Shown one piece after another: positions 12,834 to 24,778 of a DNA stretch of 64,000 nt. Position 1 is the first letter of the stretch; every line of letters starts with the position of its first letter. Made by a program: the position numbers and the translations under genes. Below the pieces are notes generated by a model that saw only the letters and a list, made by a program, of their open reading frames with translations, did not search any database and had not been told where the DNA came from. Source of the DNA: Perkinsus chesapeaki ATCC PRA-425 (Eukaryota > Protista > Perkinsozoa); assembly GCA_013115145.1 (NCBI GenBank), contig JAAPAO010000044.1:1-64000 (forward strand), given 5' to 3'.

Positions 12834-13096
12834 CCAAAAGCCCCGCGGATTATCAAGTTTAAGATTTCAAGTCGGTCCGAATTTCATAAATTTCACTGGA
12901 AAACGGAGCTGCTGACTGAGAACTTTTCGGCTAGTACGTGCGGGCCTCTACTGGGCGAAGAAATGGTAGAAAAAACAGGACGAAAACCGTATCCCTCAGC
13001 GTTCAGCCAATCTCCCTCCCACAATCATGTATTGATGAAGTCAAAATGCATAATAATTATTATCAGAAACAAGCACCGTGCCATGCTAGCATTCCC

Positions 13097-16000
13097 TTAA
13101 TATCGAGGTTTGACAATATCCTGCGTGTTTGGCACTTCAAGTGATTGTCCAACCCATCTGCCGCCAGCTGTCCTTCGTAAACCTTTAAATCCCGATTGTG
13201 TGTCGGTTGGGAAGAGCCAGTGACTGACGTTGGTGTAGTAATGAGGACGTCCTCTAGGCTGCAGCCGAGAACTAAGAATGAGTAGACTTATCAAACATGT
13301 CGATATCAGCATTCTCTTTTGCAAAGATGCATAGAGATAGTATTATCGATGAAAATGCTCTATGAATATAGAGCTAAGTCCTTCTAAATATGCGCTATTT
13401 ACCAACCAGAACTTGGCGATATTCTTGTCAACTCCTCACCTTGTATCCTCTCCTATATCCGGTGCAGCTCCAGTCTTCTTTCGTACCATCAATGGTGGGG
13501 GAATATTAACCTTCTGTGATCGCCAAGTCCACGGCATTATATTCACACGCCAATGGTCGGCACGGTTACGTATCACACCCGAATACTTCTTGAATTTATA
13601 TCTGATCGAAAACAATTGTCTCCCCCAAGTATAACAAAATCGTGCTCTACCCAATACCAAACGATAAGCGTGTATGGACGCAAGTCTTGGAAGGACATTT
13701 GCGGTCCACGCAATTTCGCACCGGTCGACGAGGCACTAGTCGAGAAATTTTCAGAGTGAAGGCTTGCTGTGTCGTCCCAGTGTCAGCTTACGACAGTGAA
13801 TGTTATCATATACTCTCACATGCCGCCTCTTGCCACCGTGTCGCCGCTCAAGAAGATATTTTGCAAACTCCGATCGGCTTCACAAACCCCCCAGATCACC
13901 CTCAAGTGACGACAACATACCCCCGAAGTCATTCCAGCAGCGAATCTCCTACTTGTCCCGTTTCCTGGTTAAATTAAGCTCGTGCATATCATGCATCATT
14001 ATAAGCCTCCTCGTCAGTCTCCCTTGATGGACTGCTGCCGGCTCAACTTGTTTATCCGGGAAAGTACGCTCTGCAACCTGATACGAGCACTGAATTGGTC
14101 CATTTAATAATCCTTTCATTCGCTTAAAGCGGCAACGCTGCAAAGCTGTGCTCCCATGACAGACTATACAGGCGGAAGGAGCTTTCTCATCTACACAGCT
14201 TCCTAATCCAGCGTCACTCGATTGAGGAATGCAAGCAGCCAACGATGCTTTATCGATTCGGCGCCTTGCGGAAAGAGAGGGAGTCATTTATTGATATTCT
14301 ATTCGAGTATTTTTCGCATAGGTTGGTTTAGTGCCCAAGCGCCGCGCATCATCGATTGGCAGACAAAAGCCGAAGCCGGAGTTCCATAAAGATATCTTCC
14401 CAAAATCTTCCGAGTGCGTAACCCTCCTTCCAGTTGAACTGGAACGACATTGCTGATCCCTCAGAACATCATCCAGAGCCAATAAATCACCAAACTGCCC
14501 GACAATAAGATCCATATCATTACCATAAGAAGGCTGTCCCTCATCATATCCACCACACTATCATCAATATCAACAAGAGTTATGTTCTGTAAAGTATAGT
14601 TAGCACCACTTGTTCTATCTCGACACAAAATGGCGTCAAATGCCTCCTCCGCCATAATCATTGTTGGACCTATCAACGTTTCTATTAACCGTTGCATTAT
14701 ATCGTCGCACTGGCAAGAGACTATTTCAAAATAACAGCAGCAACTCCGGTTTCGTCATTTGCCCAAGATGCCAAATAATTCTTTCTTGCCTATCGGAGGC
14801 ACTAATCGGTTATTCATTCTGGAACAGATCGGTGGAGTGAAATATTTCACAGAAACGAAAACAATTGAACCTTTTCCGAGAAATATACATCGACCTTTAA
14901 TAGAGCTTTATGATTGTACAATGATCCAAGAAATACCATGTCCCCAGAGCGAGAAGATACGATAGATACCATTTCATGATGATGCTTCTACTACGGCCCT
15001 ACGGTGACGAAACTTTCATCATCATCACCATCACCCCTATTACCCATTGACCCTTTATGGTCTGCATAACCAAAGATGCCCCTGCCAAGGTGAGGGATAG
15101 CAACCGACCTTATCTCCGCATGCGACGATACGTAGTCCAACGCCGATCGAATAGCATATCTAAACCGTCGCTCAGCATCGGTGCTCGAGCCTTGCCAGAA
15201 ATATGGCATAACCACAAAGAAGACCGCAGCTACATTACTGATACCTGAAAGAAGACAACCTAACCAACCCGACTCGGCAAAATACGAAATATATCAGACC
15301 CAGTTTGAGAGTGAAGAATTTCTGGAATCTCACGACAGAGTCATTCGTAGCGCACAGATACTTGCACTCCCATCAACGTATACAGCCCGACGCAATAAAA
15401 TAGAACATTTCGTATTTTTCGATTTCTCACTCAACATTAATTATATACTGTAAATCAGACAGGACGAGATCGAGACCTTCCAACACCGACGGACGAGTTT
15501 ACGTGGTTTGCTGCAGGCTTCCATGAGGGCATTTCCAGGGCTCATTATTGGTCGAAGGGCAAAGACAGAAATTAAAGGTCCCATCGATACTTCATTTCCC
15601 ATAGTCCACCCAAGTGATGACCGCAATGTCAGACTACAAGCTACTACCATGTGCCGGAGCCGGTATAACAGTGCCAACTGGCAGACCGGAATTGAAGTTA
15701 GCCTTTACTGTTGGTCCGAGATCCGGAGGCTCGATCTGTTCACGAAGGGATTGGTCAGATCGGACAAAGCCGAAGACATCCTTGATTAGATCTCGGCCAC
15801 CTGAAGCAGACCAGCAACTTGCACGAAGATGATTCCCTCAAATGTGTTAACTTCAATCCACATCTTCGTACTTAATCGAATTCATTATTTTTCTAACTTT
15901 GCCGTACTGCATTGTCATTGTGAATTCCTATGATCCTTCGATTAGCTCTCACTTCTCCACCGTCCCACCCAACCCCGTCCGGCTCCATTACTACCCCTCT

Positions 16001-16734
16001 CCAAAGCCTCCAAAGGCAGCCCTCGATAAGGCATGATGTTCGGTGACATCGGCAATATCAGACAATCTCCTTGCCAGTCAAATATACTACCGTGATGGAC
16101 CGTTATGCTGCCAAACTAAAAAACTAAAATAATTGTCCATTGAGATTAGCGTCCGTACCGGTTCCACCGGTACGTTGCAGACAGTTCCTCGATACGTGGG
16201 TTTAATTAGCTCCTCCAAATTCCTAAGGCCTTCGTCGTCCTCCTCCGCCCATTGCTCCGTTCTAGTGTCATCTTGCCGCTGAGTCTTCTGCTTGTGTGGT
16301 GAGGAATAACGAAACTTTGTTTGTATCCGCAGTGACGGGGTTCTGCGGAGGAAAAGTTGGTATGGAATGAGACCGATTCCACCCCCTTCCAGTAGAGCGG
16401 GAGAACAATCCCGATTCGATCCTATTGTGTCCGAATTGAACCATCACGCTCGAATGCAGGTTGTCAAAACTACTACAGCTTAATCTAGAGCCTAAGACAG
16501 CCCGTCCAACTACGAACCCCTGACTTGCCACTATTACTACCTCAATTGTTTGTCAACCATCCATATCTGTTTATCAGCTTCATTAGCAGCTTGCAGCTCC
16601 GTCATCCATTGGTTATGTTGGTGTAATGCTAGATTACGTGCCTTGCTCTTTTGCTTACCAAGCCATGATAGTGATCGGGTCTGCACTAGGATCGACCGAT
16701 GATAGGCGATGCCAGACCCATGATAAGATAGCAT
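13097..16734 (-). CDS. Multi-exon macro-domain (Appr-1-p processing-like) protein with a long C-terminal extension
   Basis: Exons translate to ITVHHGSIFDWQGDCLILPMSPN (about 16030-16100), GLPVGTVIPAPAHG (about 15650-15690) and AIRSALDY..IRSVAIPHLGRGIFGY (15050-15160), matching the macro-fold motif order. Terminal exon ends PRY* at 13097. Confidence 0.72.
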
Positions 16735-16877
16735 TTATTGGCAAGCTGCCGATAATGGAAACCAAAACAACAGCACTCTTCAAATTCGCTCAAGAACAGC
16801 AGCTGGTTTCGTTCCACGTGGTCACGCTGTACTGCTGCGTGAGACTAACACGGAGCGTAGAACATTAACCGAGAAAT

Positions 16878-17906
16878 CTAGTTATACTTGAATGAGATGA
16901 TGAAAACACTCGTCGCCGAACGCCTGATGATCTTAAGAATCTGACCCCTCGAATCACCACTCATCGAGTGAATATCCTCCACGCTTCCTGGGCACAGCGA
17001 GGCAAGCTTTAACTCGGACGTGGGTGGAAAAGTGTTGGCTCTCTCCCGGTGGATGCAAATCAAATCATCACAAAGTCGAGTGAAGGTGGCACGCAGTACA
17101 TCTTTGAAACCCTCAAGGTCGAGGCGAGTCTGCTTGATGAGAGAACCTGTCTCAGATAACGAGATAATATAATGTGACATGGAAGACAAGATATCGACTT
17201 CATATTGTCCATTGTCAGGATTCATTCGAACATCAAACGCTTTAGGCATATCCCTGCCGAGGATAACAGACCCATTGTGCGCCTTACTAAATGCACCGTA
17301 GGAAACATCGATCCAATTCAGAGTGAACTTTTCTCCACAAAAGAGAACGAAGATAAACCTGTGACACTTTTTAACAGCAACAACGGGATGATGACGAGCT
17401 GCCTTCCATCGCAGGACGATCTTCTCATAACCATCATCTTCATTCACGTCGAGAGGTATCTTTAGAATTCGGAGCAGATGCTTGAACTCACAGTACGATA
17501 CCGCAAAAAAACAATCGTCGCAAGAATCTGCAACGAAGAACGTAGTACCGGTATAAGTGTTGTCGTCACCATGGGAAGGCACTATTTTCCTACTGACAGG
17601 ACTACCCGTCGACGTCCAAAGATTCACCTTGTACCCCACAGAGATGCGCTCAGCAATCGCCATACCATGCTTGACAGTTACGCAACCCCAGTCGCCCCAG
17701 CCGGTTGGGTGATTCGCGATGAGAGGCTTGTCTGACTGCTCCAGGACAGTGAGACTCACGAACTGAACGACTATTCGCCTGAGCTCTTCGGGGACAGCCG
17801 TTTTGTGTTCGTCGAAGGATCTGGAGAGACGCTTCAAACACATCAATCCAGCAAAAGGAATCCTCAACATCGCCAAAGTAACATTGGCGTACTCTGGGCA
17901 GTCCAT
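16878..17906 (-). CDS. Lineage-expanded hypothetical protein with a degenerate F-box-like segment and beta-rich C-terminus
   Basis: 342-codon intronless ORF. VPEELRRIVVQF resembles the F-box helix 1 pattern LPxEl..I. Confidence 0.55.
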   Translation of the reverse strand: MDCPEYANVTLAMLRIPFAGLMCLKRLSRSFDEHKTAVPEELRRIVVQFVSLTVLEQSDKPLIANHPTGWGDWGCVTVKHGMAIAERISVGYKVNLWTSTGSPVSRKIVPSHGDDNTYTGTTFFVADSCDDCFFAVSYCEFKHLLRILKIPLDVNEDDGYEKIVLRWKAARHHPVVAVKKCHRFIFVLFCGEKFTLNWIDVSYGAFSKAHNGSVILGRDMPKAFDVRMNPDNGQYEVDILSSMSHYIISLSETGSLIKQTRLDLEGFKDVLRATFTRLCDDLICIHRERANTFPPTSELKLASLCPGSVEDIHSMSGDSRGQILKIIRRSATSVFIISFKYN

Positions 17907-17978
17907 AAAATGGATAAAAACAACAAAGACATTCAGCGCGGATCAACGCGACACATGGAGTGGGAGCCAATAATCATA

Positions 17979-19742
17979 TCACATGCATTCTGAATCATGC
18001 CCACTAAAGACACCATCGAGCGCCCCATGGTAAAACTGAGCAGCCGCCAGTTGGACTACTTCCCGCACATATTTGCAAACCCCCCTCGCTGCATCCTCGA
18101 CCCTTCGTGTGTCTTTGGCAATCGCTATCATCTCGGAAATCGAACCAAAGCGTATGAGATTCGGGTACCGACTGAACTCACTAGCCTCGTAAGCTCTGAC
18201 GAACCCATAGATATCATTTTGACCTTCGATAAAGATACCAGAAAGGTTAGAAAACGCTTTGGGCTTGAAGATGTCTTGCATCTCGTTGAAGGCCAATGTT
18301 CCCCTCAACACCTCCACTGCCAGCTCGGTCGTCGGGACGAGGACCGGCAGACACATCGCGTACAACTCGTACAGAGACCGCTTGCTGGTGTTATCCGGAA
18401 AAAGCACCACAATAGGCCTCTCAGATGCCAGCCGTTGGTATGATACCCTCTCCGAGCTGTCATGCTGAAGTATCTTAAGTCGACCCGCGAGATCAGCTTG
18501 CTCGAACAACTTGCTCATCATGCTCGAAAACAACGCTCCTTGGTTGCACGCTGCAAACCATCTCGGCCGAAAAACAATGATTCCCTCCAGACCTGTTCTT
18601 GGATTCTCCACATCGGCGCCGGGGCCGGTATAAAATGCAACACTCGGTACCGAACTGCTGGACACGTTCAGCAGTCGACTCATGGCGTCACTTAGACTGC
18701 TGCCGACTTCGCCGTATACGACATTCTGTGGCCGACTTTTCACAAATTCCAACACGGCAGCTTCATCCTCTTCAAGAATCCCAAAGGTCATCGGGCCGCC
18801 GCTAACCGCCAGTATCGCACTATTATTGAAGGCTCGCCACACAGCCAGTGCGATGCCTGCAGATCTCGTGGCGATTACCAGATCCCACTGGACGTTCCTA
18901 GGCAGACAGCTTTGGAGCTTTGAAGAGAGCTCTTCGACAGTGACACCACCATCGCCAGATATTCCTTCTCGACGCCGGTGATTTTGGGATACGAATTTGC
19001 CCATGACTCGATTGCAAGGATCCTCACAGTCCTGTAAGTTCCCATCGCAGTACGCATAATGACCGTGATAATCGAAATTGAATTTTCTATCTGGAAACAG
19101 TGCCGCAATAGCGCTGGTCACTTCCGTCGATAAACTCAAATGCTCCCCGACAACCAGCACATTTGCACTGCTGCCTAGAGCCTTACCCCGCCCATGAATA
19201 GGCGAAGGAGTGGTATAGGTAAGGTCGGGATACTCTGAATCGGATCTCTGATAGTGTTCCAGTCTACCATCGGCGGTCGAGACAATAAAGTCGATATATG
19301 GGAAAGTATCCCAATTATTTGTCTCCTTGAAAAAGCCCACCTCTCGAACGTACTGATACTTTAACAACGTCGGTAAAATACCAGGATACTCACCGAGGTC
19401 GAACAAAAGCCAAACCGCCGCTGTAAAGAAACCCAATACGCACCCCACAGATTCGAAGGGGATATTCAAGCTGGTTGAATCACTGTGGGCTAGGTGGAGG
19501 TAGAAGATACGCAAAGTTGGTAGAAGATCCCTTTCGAACGCCCCGCCTTGTGTGAGATCTGTCGAGAGACTCGACACATACGAGGTGTTTACAAGATCAG
19601 GATGACTGTAGTAGTCTTTTATCAGAGTAGATAGATGCCGCCACCGAGGATCGAACCCGGGACCGTTGCATTCCAAGAAGTCCTGTAAAGTTATTTCCGA
19701 CGCCATCGCTGATATAGGAATCAAAAGGAGCGCCGGTACCAT
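17979..19742 (-). CDS. 587-aa intronless hypothetical protein, possibly glycosyltransferase-like, with a hydrophobic N-terminus
   Basis: Long ORF from ATG 19742. C-terminal SLYELYAMCLPVLVPT recalls the GT-B E-A-x-x-x-G-x-P-V motif. Function is inference. Confidence 0.6.
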   Translation of the reverse strand: MVPALLLIPISAMASEITLQDFLECNGPGFDPRWRHLSTLIKDYYSHPDLVNTSYVSSLSTDLTQGGAFERDLLPTLRIFYLHLAHSDSTSLNIPFESVGCVLGFFTAAVWLLFDLGEYPGILPTLLKYQYVREVGFFKETNNWDTFPYIDFIVSTADGRLEHYQRSDSEYPDLTYTTPSPIHGRGKALGSSANVLVVGEHLSLSTEVTSAIAALFPDRKFNFDYHGHYAYCDGNLQDCEDPCNRVMGKFVSQNHRRREGISGDGGVTVEELSSKLQSCLPRNVQWDLVIATRSAGIALAVWRAFNNSAILAVSGGPMTFGILEEDEAAVLEFVKSRPQNVVYGEVGSSLSDAMSRLLNVSSSSVPSVAFYTGPGADVENPRTGLEGIIVFRPRWFAACNQGALFSSMMSKLFEQADLAGRLKILQHDSSERVSYQRLASERPIVVLFPDNTSKRSLYELYAMCLPVLVPTTELAVEVLRGTLAFNEMQDIFKPKAFSNLSGIFIEGQNDIYGFVRAYEASEFSRYPNLIRFGSISEMIAIAKDTRRVEDAARGVCKYVREVVQLAAAQFYHGALDGVFSGHDSECM

Positions 19743-20112
19743 CTGTGAACGAACAACTTGCTAGCGGGATCGAATAACGGAGATAAGCAGGTTTTAGAAA
19801 TAGATAAAATTCAATGTAGGAAAATCAGGAAAGTCTGCAAGGTCATCGAGTCAACCTAGATTGAATCTTAACTGAGGTCAACAAACAAGGTCCGGGCAAG
19901 ATACGTCAGTTCATTCAAACATGTCAATGGCGTCGGAGAATGTCTTCATCCGGTCTCATCCAGTCTCGCACGAGATAATCATCATAACCGTTGTCAAAGT
20001 AATCATGTCTCATCAGTGCTGCTGCACCCTCTTGGGGATAGGTGTAATTAGTAGCACTGAAGAAGATCTGAGAGGGGCCACAATCAGATAGTCGGCAACC
20101 CACGAGATGGTC

Positions 20113-21300
20113 CTACTCGACCAGTGGGAGCTGCGGCCATCTCCTCTCCCTCAAAGTTAGTAGGCTTAACACGAAGCATGTATCTGATACCCATGTAGTT
20201 GAGCTAGGTGTAAGACACAGTAATGTGTCATTCGATACTGCGCGGGGGAACATATTGGGCTTTAGGGCCTCATAGCCATCAGCATTACACTCGGGGATAG
20301 GGGGTGCTCCCAGTGATATCTTCAACTTTTTACCGTAAGTAACAGATTTAGACGACTATTTGCATTCTGTTAACTGCGGCCACTTGACCAGAAATTGTCC
20401 GACTCACTTGTGCATCTCCAACGGTGGTGGGCATATCTTATGGAACTGCACCCAAGCTGCTGGCTTATCCTCAAGGTCATTCTTAAAAATGAACTCGTCG
20501 TGTTGATGGTTCACTGGGTCTATCCTTGGTAATCGGTGGAATCTAGGTGGCAATGATGTCTGATGGTTGATCACAACGGTGTGACGTACACGTCCTTAAT
20601 GGCTTCAACTCCCGTGTGGGGTTTGGGTATTTTATAGTAAGCATCCCAGAGAGCCTAACTTGATGGGGACAATTTGCACAATGAATGCAATAAGACCTTT
20701 GGATGGGGATGATGGGATGGCGTGAGGTCGAGGAGCTGTACATGGAGCCTTGTGTACCTTTAAAGATTCTCATTTTTACAACTCTGATACGGCAGATTGG
20801 AATATCCATTGTACTTCATCAGTCAGAGCTTATCAAAGCTCTTTGGGAAGGTAACCAAATTTAAGGAAGCTTCCCTACATGAAGTTGTCCTATATACGTA
20901 TGCGGATGATTTAACACTTGAATTGAAGAGCATTTTACGTGGGTAACATTTTCGGAGCAAAATCACACAAGTCTCACAGTGAGAATGCTCGCCCGATCCC
21001 TTACCCAAGCCATTTAGGATCTCTTGCTATGATGGTAGGATGCATCCAGCCTTTGGTGACCCAATGGTCATGACCGTGGCATGTCCAATGGTCTTCAAAC
21101 CAAGGCAAGGAGATATTAGGACAGGATACGCCTTCCTGACAGGAGCCATCAACCTTATCTGTATCGTAGATGGTACCTCGTAGATCGGTCGAGATATATG
21201 TATACCACTCCTCAGTAGTGAATCATGCAAAGGAGGAACACCACCGGTAACCATGGAGGGACACAAAAGAATGCCAAGGCGAGCGCGTGAATCAGCGCAA
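20113..21300 (-). pseudogene. Fragmented, Trp/His-rich coding remnant
   Basis: Protein-like segments EWYTYISTDLRG...WVTKGWMHPTIIARDPKWLG and LWDAYYKIPKPH...DVYV / TVVINHQ...CPPPLEMHK. The latter two are offset by an extra AC dinucleotide near 20580, and stops lie between segments. Confidence 0.35.
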
Positions 21301-21454
21301 GATTCGCTGACAAGTTAGCTGGGTACGTTCTTGAATCTATCCGTGAAGCTGATTTGAGCAATACTGAATCTAGACATCAACTATGACTAGATTTCGGGCT
21401 TCCTTACTACACAGGTTGTCGGAATTCGCTCATCCGTGAAAGATTCTCCTACTG

Positions 21455-23117
21455 TTGGAATCAACTAAGACTCCACAATCAGCCATTACTTCGACAATGC
21501 CACACCATTGGGATAAATCTTATTATTATTCGATTAAGGAACCCTACTATTATAGCGATAGAAAACAGCAGCTCGGCAACAACCCATCAAAGATACTCCC
21601 TAATAGCAACCATGCATCTGTTGGTGAGCTCGGTTCAATTGCCCTGTTAATAACTCCTTCGATAGCCCAGACCAACGCCTCTGATGGCGTCAATCGTTCT
21701 GGCTCCAACTGCAGTACGTATCCGAGTGAGTTCTCAGAGTCTTCCATCGACGAAAGCAAATTGTGGACAGACCACCCGGAGAGAAATGTGACCTCGGTGG
21801 GGCTCAGGCTGAGTTGCCATTGTATAGCCCCCTCTGTCTTTCTTAGAGCGAGGAGATATCTCTTAAAGCCATTTCTGATAGACTTGAGAGGCTTGAAGTA
21901 GCAACATACACTCTTACACTCGTGTGCACCTTTCATCAGACTGCAGTCGCCAGGATTCAAGAGACTATTGAAGAGAGAATCGGTCACGGAAACGCCAGAC
22001 CTTCCAATGTGACACCCGACCAGGAGCAGTGCCCGCCCAGCGGGTACACTTGCAATCAGGTAGATGTAACGATGTGAATGAACTGCAGCGATATCTTTTC
22101 CTCGAGCTCTTTTGTCTATTTAGACACGATTTGAAAGCTTTATTCTGAAGGCGGTGAAGGATAACGTGGAGACGGGTTAGCCTGATGATTGGAATTACTT
22201 TTGGTGGTTACTTGGTTCGTCTCAGGGTCTGGAGATGTCATAGAGGAGCTGCAAGAGTTCACTTATAAGTTGGCGCAGAACCAGATCGACCTTATCGGTG
22301 ACATGGTAACTTGAACGATGCGTGCGTGGTGAACTGTCTTCATCAGCTACAGCAAACGCTCCTTCAAGCAGTGGCTATTGCCGCTGCCAATCCCTTAAAG
22401 GGGCCATCCGTAGACGACAGCCTTGAAAAGTGACATTGCGTATTAGATCTGCTCCGATTAATCATCAGGTTACACCACCACACCGACGCCCATCCATTCA
22501 CAACGTCAGCGTTGTCGAAGCATACGAACACCGTGGCTTCACTTTGCCGATCTACCGGCAATCCACCAGTATGTGAATCTTTGGCAAGCTCGACTTAGTG
22601 CTAATTTGATTCAGCAATCGCGGAGGATGGCAACCATTGGCCTGCCGCATAGGGCTGTATCTAACCTACCTTCCGAAATAACCCCAATAAGAGAAGGTCA
22701 GTTACCTTCCTATCACTCGATATATAGTAGAGGGAATATGTTGATATTAAGAAATTGCTCAACATTAAAAATCGATCGATCACTAAAAATCTGTCACCGA
22801 AGTCGGGTCCAGGCAACTGGATATATCACTACTGGAATTCACTTGATCATTTTCAGAGAACTATGTCAGATATCTCTAGTGCCCGACGACTTGTTGGCAT
22901 CATTAATGCCACCAGCATGAAGTCTGCACTCGTTAATAACAACCACACCGCTGTCGTGGCCAGTACGAGCGATCTCGCTCAAGTAGACTCTCCGACGATC
23001 GGCGTTCAGACACCAGCAATACCAACACCAGTGGACGCTCGACAGTCACTTGGCAATATAACGCAGACGAACGTTCCCGCTGCGGCGGCCTTTCTTGTGA
23101 GCCTGTCTAATGTCTGA
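21455..23117 (+). CDS. Multi-exon hypothetical helical/coiled-coil protein
   Basis: Exon-like segments SEEISLKAISDRLERLEV, VIEELQEFTYKLAQNQIDLIGDM and ORF 22755-23117, separated by short GT..AG spacers. Ends not resolved. Confidence 0.35.
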
Positions 23118-23879
23118 CGTTCTCCGACGCTTGTCGTTCATCAGGCAGCAGGGTAAGGGACTTTTTCAACATTGGTATCCCCAATTGCGCAACCATCAAC
23201 GCCTCCGATGATATTGGTGAGCTCCGATTAGGTTGCCAATTTTTGTACCACATTCTCAGTTATCGATTGCGATGTTCTGGCCGAAGCAGGCGTTCGCTAC
23301 TCCAGTCAAATCTTCAAAATAGGTTCGGCTGGTCACCCTCTTCTCGCTTTAATTGAACTTGTGTCAGTGTCACTTCTTGAAGACTTCATCTCTGCCGAGC
23401 AAGCTGGCAAAGCTTTCAACATGTGTCAGAATTGGCAACGAGTTCTCGGCGACATAGCGGCGGGCGTCACAGACACTACTCCTCCTCCTCCCAATAGGGC
23501 ATCACGAAATTGATCATCTGCATTAAACGTTACGTACACACACGGAAGATTGTGAATATCTATTTGCACCGCTCCGTCTATTTAATGGGTATTTAATCTG
23601 TTACTCATTTCTGCATGGAATTCGTACCTTACGGTTCGCTATGTTTCTCCCATGCCCGGCAGTTTAGTTCACAGTGACAAAGCTAGAGTGATCGCTGGTG
23701 GCCTTGCCAGCACGAAGCAAAGAAATGCAAACGTGATGCAGAGAATCTGCTAAGGTCCAAAAGCCATTGCTGGTGTTCATAAAATCGAATAAGTCTTGTA
23801 ATGCACACTAGGTCCACGCGAGCTCTGTACCAACCTTAATGGGTGCAAACTACATCCTATCGAGATAGCTGCAGCAAGA

Positions 23880-23901
23880 CTTTTTGTCAAAAAGTTTTTG
23901 A
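23880..23901. other. Perfect 22-bp hAT-type excision scar (inferred TSD CTTTTTGA)
   Basis: CTTTTTG + TCAAAAAG + TTTTTGA = 8-mer minus last base + reverse complement + 8-mer minus first base. Confidence 0.75.
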
Positions 23902-24175
23902 CCGAATGGAGGATAATCTTCATATATGGAGATAGGTTTGAGATGTGACAATCGTCGAACGCCTTGTATCGTTAAGAATGCTGAAAACCTCTTAGTAGTC
24001 AAGGCTCATCCAGCACATTAGAATGCACTAGGTAAACGATTTGACTCACCATGCCACAGCACACTGAAGACCACATTCGAACTGGTATGCGAATACAGAG
24101 GGACTGTCCTATAGAGCAGCTTGTATTTGGAAGACCAACGTCAACTTGTGGTGGGTCGTATAAAATCTTTCGACA

Positions 24176-24778
24176 GTGTCACACAGAGCGAACAAGTTGC
24201 CTCCAATGGCCGGTGTATTAGGTAATGAACGCATAGCATCTCTTAAGAGATACGTTATGGCCCTCGACAATCTGATGCCTCACACTCAAGTCCAATCGCA
24301 AACTCCGTCTGTGACTACTGTATTAGCAGCTTGCATGGTTGTTGTCAATGAGCAACTCAGGTCGCTCCTCAGTGCGAACGATTGCTTGGTCGGTCAGCCA
24401 AGCCGGAGTTCTCCTTTGCTGTACTGGAGAGTATCAAAAAGGACTGTTTTCTGCAGTGTGCATATCGCAACTACCTCACCGGAACATGTACGCTCAATAA
24501 CATCTGTAAAGGTAAGAAAATACATTCTAGCACTTGCCTTGTGCCGCCGCGCGCTGGAGAATAGGGTGCATATTAGTGATTACAAAAAGCTTAGTTTCCC
24601 TCTTGGCCGCGAAGAGCGGATGCCTCTGTCCTCAATCATGCTAAGGTGTTCAGATAAGGATTTCTTCTTTGTCGACACTCGAGAGCGGGAAGAGACCAGA
24701 GTGATGCTCAAGATGCACGAGGTCACCGAGGATCCTTACCTATTCCTATGCACACCAATGATGCACCGTACGAACTGA
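24176..24778 (+). CDS. Hypothetical protein (200 codons)
   Basis: ORF length only. No motif recognised. Confidence 0.35.
   Translation: MSHRANKLPPMAGVLGNERIASLKRYVMALDNLMPHTQVQSQTPSVTTVLAACMVVVNEQLRSLLSANDCLVGQPSRSSPLLYWRVSKRTVFCSVHIATTSPEHVRSITSVKVRKYILALALCRRALENRVHISDYKKLSFPLGREERMPLSSIMLRCSDKDFFFVDTREREETRVMLKMHEVTEDPYLFLCTPMMHRTN

Noticed and set aside
16154-16174. CGTACCGGT-TCC-ACCGGTACG, and CGACTCGCT-CTA-AGCGAGTCG at 29480-29500, as further scars
   Set aside because: Both have 3-nt centres and do not satisfy both terminal-complement rules, so they were left out of the scar count.
21550-21987. 145-codon minus-strand ORF
   Set aside because: The plus strand has better exon-like segments with splice signals. 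This ORF is probably an antisense shadow.
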